From Pomacea canaliculata (Eukaryota): a stretch of DNA of 64,000 bases. Shown here in pieces: positions 55,290-64,000 of the stretch. The stretch spans positions 13,301,353 through 13,365,352 of the forward strand of contig NC_037594.1 of assembly GCF_003073045.1 (NCBI RefSeq). The letters are read 5' to 3'. Under the pieces are notes generated by a model that made no database searches, had not been told where the DNA came from, and saw nothing but the letters and a program-made list of their open reading frames with translations. Positions within the stretch are counted from its first letter, which is position 1. Each line of letters begins with the position of its first letter. A program made the position numbers and the translations under genes.

Positions 55290-55605
55290 TAGAGAAGCGC
55301 TGCATGTGGGTTCAAAGCGCTGCGTGTGGGCCGTATCCCGTCTCCGCTATAAGACGCGAGGTGGCGGGACAAGGTGCGGCATGGCGCACGCGGAGAGGCT
55401 GCCGTGTGGTCGCACGGCGCAGTAAACCGGCCGACGTCGGAAGGCTGATCAAGGACGCGCACCGGTGCCGGCTCATTAATTCACATAATCGTCCGCCTTG
55501 CGTGGCTCCGATGTTGCGATAAGGCCGCAAAGCGGTAAGCTTTGGTCTGACCCCAGAGAACCGACGCCACGGCCCTTACCGCGAAAAGGGTCCGCTTTAT
55601 GACTG
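55290..55605. promoter_or_regulatory. Intronic CpG-rich block ~3 kb upstream of exon 2, with a direct repeat 'aagcgctgcRtgtggg' x2 (55296..55330) and the TAAT pair 'cattaattcacataatcg' (55474..55491)
   Basis: It stands out in sequence composition from the surrounding AT-rich intron. The paired TAAT cores are typical homeodomain-binding sequence. Confidence 0.3.
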
Positions 55606-58340
55606 ATTTTTTTTTTTTACCTCCTCTCAGAACAGCAACGTGCACTAGTTATTTTTACTGCCCTAGATGGCAGCCTTTCATACTATTTGTAACTGCATCC
55701 TAGTTCAGAGAAATATCTGATCGTCACGGCATTAAATTTTTAACAGTTCACCATATTTTGGCTCCCCCTTTGTCCTGGCGAAATTTACGACGCGAGCAGG
55801 GAGGTGAAATATATGTAAATGGGTATTTCCAAGTTGATGTGTATCAACGTGGGTAGCGGTGTCCGCTTTCAGATTTTGTTTGGGGGGGGGGTACTTGCCA
55901 CATACACTCTATTATTGAACAAGTCCCCCCACCGTACGCCTTAAGATGCCACCTTTCTCTCGGCCACTAACCCGTCCACCATGTGCCTCACCGACCTCAC
56001 CCAGTGCCGACTAGGCGACCACAAAGCTTCTCTCATACTGGTTCTGGTTATTAATCTCGTCACTTCGCAACACTAATCTCTCCAAGAGTGGGGCTATACA
56101 TGGCTGAATAAAGAGATTTAAGGGGGACAGGCCTTAGAGGAGATATGACTAAGAGAAAATAAATTAGCCACACACATTTTCTCCATCAGATTTAAGTTTG
56201 AACCCTTTGTGTATCATCGTTCAAAAGTAGAAATTGACTCTCTCTACGCGTCAAACCTTGTAATTTTTTTTCGGTCCTCTCGTTTTTGTTTTTTTTTTTT
56301 TTTTTTTTTTGTCATAACAAGACTATGCACTCTGTAATGCTGACAGAGCCTTTTGTCCAGATACAAACGTTTGCGATTGAATGCGCAAAACAATAAAACA
56401 ATAAATAAATAAAATACACAGTGTTGACACATTTCGAGAATTTTCCTCGTTTTGCAAATCTGCAGTCGAAGTTCCGAAGGCACAAACGTGACACATTTCC
56501 TTATAAGACATGAAATCATTGTAAAAGAAAGGATTCTTGCATCTCCCGACAGAGACATGAAATAACGTCTTGTTTCTAGAAGTTCTCAGCTGTTGTGTGA
56601 CTCTGTGGTCATTCATAATTTAGCTCAGTGGTGCAGCTCAGCAGCGGCCATTCATAACTGAGTGGCTAGTCAAGATGAAATGCGACTGCAAGGGGCCCCT
56701 GGTCATCTGACGGTGTGCCTTGTGACCACATTATTGAATTATCCTCTTTCTGGGACTGACAAGGTGATTCTTGCTACATCTGGGGTCAGTTCAGTCAAGA
56801 CTTCCTTTTGGCTTTCATCGCCAAAGTTAATTTCCTACCTATTTCCTTTGGGAGAGAGAAGATGGCGGTGAATGGACACTGTGTCCAGCCACTCATTTCA
56901 AAGCTCTACTGATAGCCTGCGGATAGCTACAAATCTCCCATTCATGACTAAAATGTCACTGACGACATTGTGTTGCAATTACTAAATCTATTCTCTAGAG
57001 GTTTTTTTTTCCAAACCCACATGACACGTGTTAATCACGACAGTGGTGCGCTCTGTTGTTATGTTTCCTAGTCGGGTACAGACATCGTAAAGGAGGGAGA
57101 CTGTGGAGACCCTAACTCCCCACACCCCCAACGCTAATTTGTTTGTCGTCGCGAATAGAATGCAAGAAGCAGGTGGTGCGAGTGATTGCTTTTAATACCG
57201 GCCACACCTGATGGTGGAGGAGGGATGAACAGGGGGTCTCAAGGATTTAATGTATGGTGAAACAGAAGCCGAGTGAACTAAGGGGCCTGCAAATGTCTTT
57301 CTGTCTATGGAGCGGAGGAGGATGAGGGAAAGAGGGCATAAGACCATACGCCGAGATCTCTGCTGTCAAGACACCCTGTAATTACTTCGAGAAGACCACC
57401 TGACCAGGAGGGCCTTTGAGGTGTGAAGTCCGGTAAACCGAGTGACTCTTAGGCATAACGACACAGACCACACTGGGTGTTCTGACTCCCACTGACCTCC
57501 GCCTTTCTCCCTCACTTGACTTACGGCGTATGCTATTACCAGCGGGCACAACGACATCAAGCACATAGATTCAAGGGTCACTCTTTAATGCCTGTCTAAT
57601 TCCGCCAGCTGGCGAGGACTTTGACCACGTATTCACCTGTTTCATAGAAGTTGTTTGACACTCGTCACACTTGCGATGTCAATGGGAAATGGAAAGCAGC
57701 CACACGCTTCAAGTGTCTCTTTATGTGCGTATTTTAAGGCTAGACTATGTAGTGGCATAAAAAAACCTACCAAACACCAAGAAGCAAGCGACATTCTAAA
57801 CACATTCTTTTACATAGATCATCACGTTTTCCGAATATTACTACTGCTACTACTAGTAGTAGAAGAAGATCAAAGACAGGTCATGTGTACATACAGTGGG
57901 ACTAGGGGAGATAGTGGAACAGAAACCAGTGTTAGCCATCTGAGAAAAATTTGCAGTGATGTCACGTCTAATCAGCGAAACCAAGGAAAGTAGCGTCGCA
58001 TGTTGCAAGCGATACACGAAGGTGTTGACTCGCTTCTCGGTTGGAGAGTGGGCGTTTCGCCATACATTAGCATAACAGGTGCACTCAGTCACATCTCTCA
58101 TCCCAAAGCAAAGAATGGTAATCAGATAAATTGAGTTCAGCGCGTTTCTCAATTTGCACCGGTATCGGATGTTTTCCTTCAATCGGTCGCAAGTGCACCT
58201 GTGAAGCAAACAAGATTTGTGACCTATCACCGATACACCACTAGTATTATTATTCACATCGAAAGTACTCTCACCAAATGGAAAATCACAGCTGGAAAGA
58301 AGACTTTCCCTTCTTACTCTCACTCGGCCCTGAGCACAAA

Positions 58341-58385
58341 GAAAGAAGAAGAAGAAGAAGAAGAAGAAGAAGAAAAAAAAAAAAA
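58341..58385. repeat. (GAA)n microsatellite followed by poly(A), ~280 nt upstream of the exon 2 acceptor
   Basis: Read directly from the sequence. Confidence 0.9.
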
Positions 58386-58669
58386 GAAGAGATTGAAAGA
58401 AAATAGGAAAAAAAAAAAGGAGGAAGAGAGGTTCATACTTTTTTTTAATACTTTATTCAAACCTTATTCTGTCAGTTCATCAGTGTATGGGCAATTAGCT
58501 CCTAAATGTTTTATTACAGGCCTTGCTTCCCCGCTCGGCTTAATTAAGAATTCTCTTGTAATTGGCCCAGCCAAAGCGCGTGATCAGCGCACGCACTAGT
58601 CCGCGTCCGCCCCTCCCTCTTCCCTGAGGCCCTTGGCCGTCGTTTGACGCATCACACTCTCTGTTGCAG

Positions 58670-58857
58670 ACGCCCGGCGACGCGACCAGGCGGCGCTGTT
58701 CGGCAAGCACGCGCCGCCCAAGAAACGGCGCAAGTCGCGCACGGCCTTCACCAACCAGCAGATCTACGAGCTGGAGAAGCGCTTCCTGTACCAGAAGTAC
58801 CTCACGCCGGCAGACCGTGACGAGATCGCACACAGCTTGGGGCTCACCAATGCACAG
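58670..58857 (+). CDS. Lbx: Lbx exon 2: pre-homeodomain basic region plus homeodomain residues 1-44 (RRKSRTAFTNQQIYELEKRFLYQKYLTPADRDEIAHSLGLTNAQ)
   Basis: The acceptor is ctctctgttgcag|AC at 58669/58670. The translated sequence is near-identical to the first two-thirds of the LBX1/ladybird homeodomain. The donor is CAG|GTACAG at 58857/58858 in phase 0, falling between homeodomain positions 44 and 45 (Q|V), which is the conserved NK-like intron position. Confidence 0.92.
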
Positions 58858-59249
58858 GTACAGCATCGACCCTCAAACTCAGTCGTTATTGTTTACTGTC
58901 GTATGATAAAATAATAAAAGAAAATCGCCAAACAACCCCCTCTCTTCAGCAAGAAAGAATACTGCATGTCTCCCCGTTTCTGTATCTGTGCAACAATTTT
59001 TCCGACTGTGTCACTAGATGCTGTTTATTGATAAATGTCAGAAAATATATGGGAGATAAAAGACTGAATCATATAACTGAAAACGCTTATGAACAATTCA
59101 AAACCTCAAACGCAAACCCGTTTGCCACTTTTGTTATTAATAATAAAGTTTTTATTTTTAGAAAGTACATTTTTAATATGACAAGAAATACTTGGTGCTG
59201 AATGCTGACCTCTACTCCAGCTAAAGGAGATTTTTTTTTGTTTTGTTAG
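58858..59249 (+). other. Lbx intron 2 (392 bp, phase 0, at homeodomain position 44/45)
   Basis: GTACAG...TTTGTTAG boundaries, AT-rich interior, pyrimidine tract before the acceptor. Confidence 0.88.
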
Positions 59250-59948
59250 GTGATCACGTGGTTTCAGAACCGACGTGCAAAGCTGAAACGGGACCTGGAG
59301 GAGCTGAAAAACGACGTGACGGCTGCCCGCAAACACCCGGTGCACAAAGCGTTAATGGGTACAATGGCGGAACTGCAGCTGCGCAAGGTGCACAGTGACG
59401 TGCTCAAAAAAGCCGCGGCAGCTGCGGCGGCGGCAGAAGCTGCGGAGGGCAGCGGCAGCAGGAGCGGAGAGAGAACGCTGCACGTCGAGGACGGCCGCCG
59501 CCGAGATTCCGCAGCGACGCCGCCCCCCTCGTCACCGTCGTCGTCTTCAGCCACAGGACCATCCCCCTCCCCCTTGCCGTTGTCTTTGACCACGTGCAGC
59601 GCGCTCTCTCCCAGCGCCAGTTGCCACAGCAACAGCAGCGCCAGCCATCTCAACGGCGGCTGTCTGCGGTGCGGGTCCACCTCGCCAACTGCTGTGGACA
59701 CAGACACCGGCAGCAAGCTGAACTCGAGCGAGAAGGCGATGGACGCCAGTTCCTGTGCTGACTTGGACAGCGCGGCTGGCCGCAGGTTTGTGTCGGACAA
59801 CAGCCCGCAGTCGCTTGACGGGCAGGAGCCCGAATCAAGGGCGCAAGAGGACATGGACACCTCCAACCCTACGGACTGCGAGGGTAAGAGGACGAGTATG
59901 GAGGACGAGGAGAGGGACAAAGCCTCACCCAAAACTCACGACTCTTAG
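59250..59948 (+). CDS. Lbx: Lbx exon 3: homeodomain helix 3 (VITWFQNRRAKLKRD), the conserved post-homeodomain LEELKNDV motif, a poly-Ala run, a Ser/Pro-rich acidic C-terminus and stop TAG
   Basis: The acceptor is ttttgttttgttag|GTGATC at 59249/59250. 'VITWFQNRRAKLKRDLEELKNDVTAARK' matches LBX1 'VITWFQNRRAKLKRDLEEMKADVESAKK'. Total CDS length across the three exons is 799+188+699 = 1686 nt, in frame, ending TAG at 59946..59948. Confidence 0.92.
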   Translation: MITWFQNRRAKLKRDLEELKNDVTAARKHPVHKALMGTMAELQLRKVHSDVLKKAAAAAAAAEAAEGSGSRSGERTLHVEDGRRRDSAATPPPSSPSSSSATGPSPSPLPLSLTTCSALSPSASCHSNSSASHLNGGCLRCGSTSPTAVDTDTGSKLNSSEKAMDASSCADLDSAAGRRFVSDNSPQSLDGQEPESRAQEDMDTSNPTDCEGKRTSMEDEERDKASPKTHDS

Positions 59949-60461
59949 ATCCGCTATGCTGAAATCGGCGTCTTGCGGTTCGGCTAGACATATTTTTGTG
60001 TGTTAAATGGCGAAATCACTCAGAGAATTATCAAATCTGGAGTAGCAGAAACTGCAAGAGCACCAAAGAGACTTTGTCAGACCGAAACAAGAAGTGTCGT
60101 TCTCGATGACTCACGATAAACGGGGACGAGTCTCAGAAGAAGTGCGTTACAATCAGTGTGGACGGCTTCCGGCTGCCTTACTTACGTATGAAGTATAATG
60201 GACACGAAGACGAATCTGGAGCGCAGTTCAGTGAGACAATGAGCTTCAAGACAACCATTACAAATCGTCAGCGAAACTTTCGGTGGTTGAACTCGATCGC
60301 CCGTTAATGGGAGTGGGGTAGGCTTTGACGCCATCTTAGTCTAGGCTGTCATGGGTTTGGGGAAAATGCTCCCAAGCAACCACTCTTTGACGCCTCTTAA
60401 TTTAAAAAAAAAAACTCACACGCTGAGCTCCCCCAGCAACCACTCTTTGCCGCCTCTGAAT

Positions 60462-60467
60462 AATAAA
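60462..60467 (+). terminator. Candidate polyadenylation signal AATAAA, ~515 nt downstream of the Lbx stop codon
   Basis: This is the first canonical AATAAA after the TAG at 59948, within 'ctctgaataataaacacatgctg', and it is followed by a GT-rich stretch. Confidence 0.35.
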
Positions 60468-63418
60468 CACATGCTGACACCGTTCTAGTTGAAGTGGTAG
60501 TGACATGAACAAAAACAGACAACACTTAAGAGTGTAATAATGGACTGAAAGTATTGGTAATACAGACAGGTATAGATATTTGGCATTAATTCAGTCTACT
60601 ATAGACTTGTAGTGACATAAACAAACAGCAATCGGCGGCAACTGCATGTGCAGCACAAATAGACAAGTCGCGATACGCTCAGTCCCAGCAGACCCACGAC
60701 AGACGCCAAGGAAAAGAATTAAGCAGCTGAACACTCTTTAAAGCCACAGAGTTTTAATTAAGCCACACATTTGTTCCTATATTAACTTGCCTGTGTCATT
60801 CTCTGGCTCTCTGTCTCTGTCTCTCTCTCTTATAAGGTTTCTCGTATGTGCTCTCCGCCCGTCTGATGGGAAACCACAATGATTTTCAACTGATTTTCAT
60901 TTTCTTTCTTCATCATTAACCAACACAAACGACCTTTCATATTTTTTTCTTAATCTCTTTCTCTTACCCTGCTCATCACCCCTTCATGGCTTGAATGTTT
61001 TAAGTGGTCGATAGCGTGCGTGTTTTGGTGTTCACGCTGGCTTTAAAAAAAAGTGTATGGGCAGAAGCAAGCGTGTAGGGAAGGGAAGAAGAGAAAAGGA
61101 AAGAGAGAGAAAGGATGAGAGAGGAAAAGAGAGGAAGAGAGAGAAGAGGAGAGCAATTTTTTTAAAGTCTCAACATTCATTCATGAAGATGAGCTGTGTA
61201 TAGTGCTTTTGCTCATTACACCAGACTGGGATAATAAATGATGTGTGACAATGAATGGACATGCAGGCCATACCAGACACCATGTCGTGTCTCGGTGTCC
61301 CTGTTAAAATCTGGAATCACATCTATCGAATGATGGCCCTAAGTGTTGCTGACGGTTTACTGTTTTGTCCTGTGGAGAACAATGAACAATATTAAAAAAA
61401 TAGCCTGCATTTTTGTAGCAGATTTTTTTATGGATTTGTTATAAGCTACATGCACAGACCATTAGTGTATCTTTTTGAATATTTTAATGACTCTTCTGGT
61501 TTATATAATTATGTATATTTATTTCAGTCAATATACAATAATATTTCTTTTTCCTATGTTTTGTTCTGAGATGTTCATTTTTCATTTAAATAGTTTTGAC
61601 TATCAACATAAAAAATAAACTTTGTTTGGACATTTTAAAAATTGTAACGACTAAGAAAAAGGAAAAGAAATAAGATTGCAGATGCTTAGTTTGTGTCGGA
61701 TAGACACAAGAAAGAGGAAGGGGACGAAACATTCGTAATTACACTGACATGGGTTAGTTTCAAGGCCCCTCACCAGCTAATATATTATCAGTCTTCCTGA
61801 GCACCCTGCGCCCACTCCCTCTAAACATTACCTTGAACAATCAACCATTCGCCAGGTGCATAAATCAAGAAAACGTTAACTGAAAATGTTACGATTTTAT
61901 AATTTGTGTGTGTGATCCAGTTCCCCGATACGAGAAAAACATTCTCGGAGTACTCTAAAACATACGGAAAAGAAAAAAAAACTTTATTGCTCAGCGATTT
62001 CTGTGTGGATGATTCAAAATCTAGTTAGAAAAATCGGCTTTATATAGAAAATTTCTATTTGAATATTCGTGTAGATTTTTGTTTGATGTCAAATTGTACG
62101 GAACTATACTTTTTCGGTATTGGTAAAAATTGTCCTTAATACTAAAAGAGAAAAAAGTATTAAATAATTTAAATATGAAAAATGTTGATTTGTCGTCTTT
62201 GGAACTCTTAAAATATTATGCACCACGCCTATCTTTAAAGCACACGTGCCACTACTGGGTTAGCTTTGTCAGTTTGCTGACTATTTTTTTTAGTTTTCTT
62301 TCACACACACATATATATAATAAAATGCATTTACTTTCCCAAGTCCCGTGCATTGGCGTGATTAAGGAAAATGGTAGGATGCGAAGTGAAAACTTCTTCT
62401 ATCTACTCACAATGTAACCTCTATTTATTTTTAATTCAGCCTCTGGAGGCAAAATATTCATACAAATATTATTCGACGAGGGACCTTGGCACTTTAAGTT
62501 TTATGCATTCACATAAACTTACATAAGTCTCTTGTGCGCTGTTGTTTAGTTTCTGTTAGATACAAAAAAGCAAACAAGGCAAAAATTTCCGGAATAATCT
62601 CCGTCCTGAATAGATAAACATTTGGTCAATCAGATCAATCGTCTACAAATGAAACACTGCCCGGTACTTAGTTGGGTTTATAAAGATCAGAAAAAAATAA
62701 TTAAAATGCAAGTCTGAAAATATATAAGCCGAGCAAATACGTGGGAAACCTTTAATTAAATGCACAGCGGCTATCAGCAACTAGTGAACTGGGGGTAGAA
62801 TTTAGAAAAGTTTGACAGCGTCGTGTACTGCCTTTACTAAACTGCAAAATATCTCTGAAAAACGCGAAAACAGCAAAGGGACTGGTCGTGAGTAGTAAAA
62901 CTCACCCTTCTGCTTAACATAAAATCTCTCGGCGCTCGGCGCCATGTGAAATGCAATCAACGACGGTGTATTGCGTATCAAAATATGCACTGGATTCCAG
63001 ATTCCCATGCACATCTCAAGTAACAGGTAAAAGAGGAAAACACACACGCACTCTCTCTCATTTCTCTCGAAAACTATAGACAAAAAAAAAAAAAAAGTGG
63101 AGGGGGTGGTGGAACACATGCAAACACGAACGAATGCCACAAACTCAAAGAGACTACACGGAGACAGAGAGGCGGATGGACGAAAAAAAAAACAAAGACA
63201 AGAGAGAGAGGAGAGAGAGAATATGAATAACTGTATAAATTGCACTGAGTAGGCCGTTGGCCTATTTCAAGGAGCAAATACAGCAGAAAAAGTATATATC
63301 AGTTATTGTGATCTGTGTGTTGTGTAAATATATACCAAACTCTAATATTGTTGTAAGTAGTATAGGCATGTTGTTTTCACCCCCTATTTGGGGAGCCGTT
63401 TTGGGGAGCCGTGACGTC

Positions 63419-63656
63419 ACACCCGCCGGAAGTCGCACGGGGCGGGCCATCTTGCCGAAGTGGCATGGAGACGGCCATTTTGATGAGTCTATATCCGTGG
63501 CGGCCATCCTGTCGACCATCTTGCCGGAAGTCGCATGGTGCGTCCATCTTGATGAGGTCATATCCGTGGCGGCCATCTTGTTCGGCCATCTTGCCGAAGT
63601 GGCATGGAGGTGGCCATCTTGATGAGGTCACGAGCGTGGCGGCCATTTTGTTCATA
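63419..63656. repeat. Tandem repeat of ~3.4 units at ~70-bp period, each unit carrying CCATCTTG (YY1 core AAGATGG on the other strand) and CCGGAAGT (ETS) motifs. It is preceded by the direct repeat ggggagccgt x2 and a perfect CRE palindrome TGACGTCA (63412..63419).
   Basis: Three full units (63447..63516, 63517..63586, 63587..63656) align by eye at roughly 85-90% identity. The ORFs that the track calls across this region (63377..63655 -, 63411..63683 +) are repeat artefacts. Confidence 0.85.
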
Positions 63657-64000
63657 CCCCCTCATCTTGTCATACCCGAGTGATGGTTGTTTTTGTATTT
63701 GTGGAAAATGTATTGAAAGAGCCCATTTCGTCAAAGCTTAGAAAAGTATAAACTTTAATAAACTTTGTCCACCAGTCGCCACGAGGAGGCAGGGCTTTTG
63801 TTTGACTGGCAAAAATGTGTTTGACGCACAAAGAACAAGAAAAACTTTTATCACAACTTTGAAGATATCGCAGTCTAAACGGGAGCAGCAGTCTCAAATA
63901 TCCAACGGTACGGTAGTCAACCCATCGGCAAGGACCTTTCGCTTGATGTACAGATAGGACAAGAGTTGCGGTGTTGTTGGTAGGTAAACTAGATTTACCA

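Larger units (their letters stand above)
25869..58669 (+). other. Lbx intron 1 (~32.8 kb, phase 1), with multiple CpG-rich blocks and interspersed repeats
   Basis: It is bounded by the GT donor at 25869 and the AG acceptor at 58668..58669, and the codon phases match across the junction. No convincing coding exon lies inside it. Confidence 0.8.

Noticed and set aside
59264-59932. 222-aa ORF on the minus strand spanning Lbx exon 3
   Set aside because: It is antisense to a confirmed exon with a conserved homeodomain. The long open frame is a side-effect of the GC-rich, low-complexity (Ala/Ser/Pro-coding) sense strand, and the protein it predicts has no recognisable domain.
63377-63683. ORFs across the 70-bp tandem array (repetitive 'MAATLVTSSRWPPPCHFGKMA...' on the minus strand)
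   Set aside because: The periodic peptide simply mirrors the DNA tandem repeat. AAGATGGCGGCC reads as K-M-A-A in one frame.
1-64000. Prokaryote-style system (defence island, CRISPR array, operon, integrative element)
   Set aside because: There is no coding density and no short intergenic spacing. There are no CRISPR-like spacer-repeat arrays and no integrase or transposase ORFs. The window is intron-rich metazoan DNA with a single spliced developmental gene.

Overview
This window is eukaryotic (metazoan) genomic DNA: AT-rich, full of microsatellites, with a spliced gene and no prokaryotic gene density. One protein-coding gene can be supported with confidence, a ladybird-class (Lbx) NK-like homeobox gene on the + strand, in three exons at 25070..25868, 58670..57857-corrected-below and 59250..59948. 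The correct exon 2 coordinates are 58670..58857. Exon 1 encodes an engrailed-homology-1 (eh1) repressor motif (FTSFCIKDIL) and the Lbx-typical 'LDALMAMTSKTFEGLE' block. Exons 2 and 3 encode a homeodomain that is almost identical to vertebrate LBX1/Drosophila ladybird homeodomains as I recall them (RRKSRTAFTNQQIYELEKRFLYQKYLTPADRDEIAHSLGLTNAQ | VITWFQNRRAKLKRD). The homeodomain is split by the NK-like 44/45 intron. Splice phases close exactly (1686 nt, 562 codons including the stop). The first intron is about 32.8 kb and contains several CpG-rich, TAAT-containing blocks that are candidate cis-regulatory elements. The rest of the window is non-coding: a CpG-rich putative promoter, at least six copies of a SINE-like interspersed repeat sharing a 'GCGCTWYATAAAT...(ATT)n' tail (one with a tRNA-derived A/B-box head), many microsatellites and homopolymers, and a 70-bp tandem array at 63419..63656 whose units carry YY1-core, ETS and CRE motifs. 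I see no defence-island or operon-type system; the biology here is a developmental transcription-factor locus with a large regulatory intron. All other ORFs in the six-frame track are short, low-complexity or antisense artefacts.
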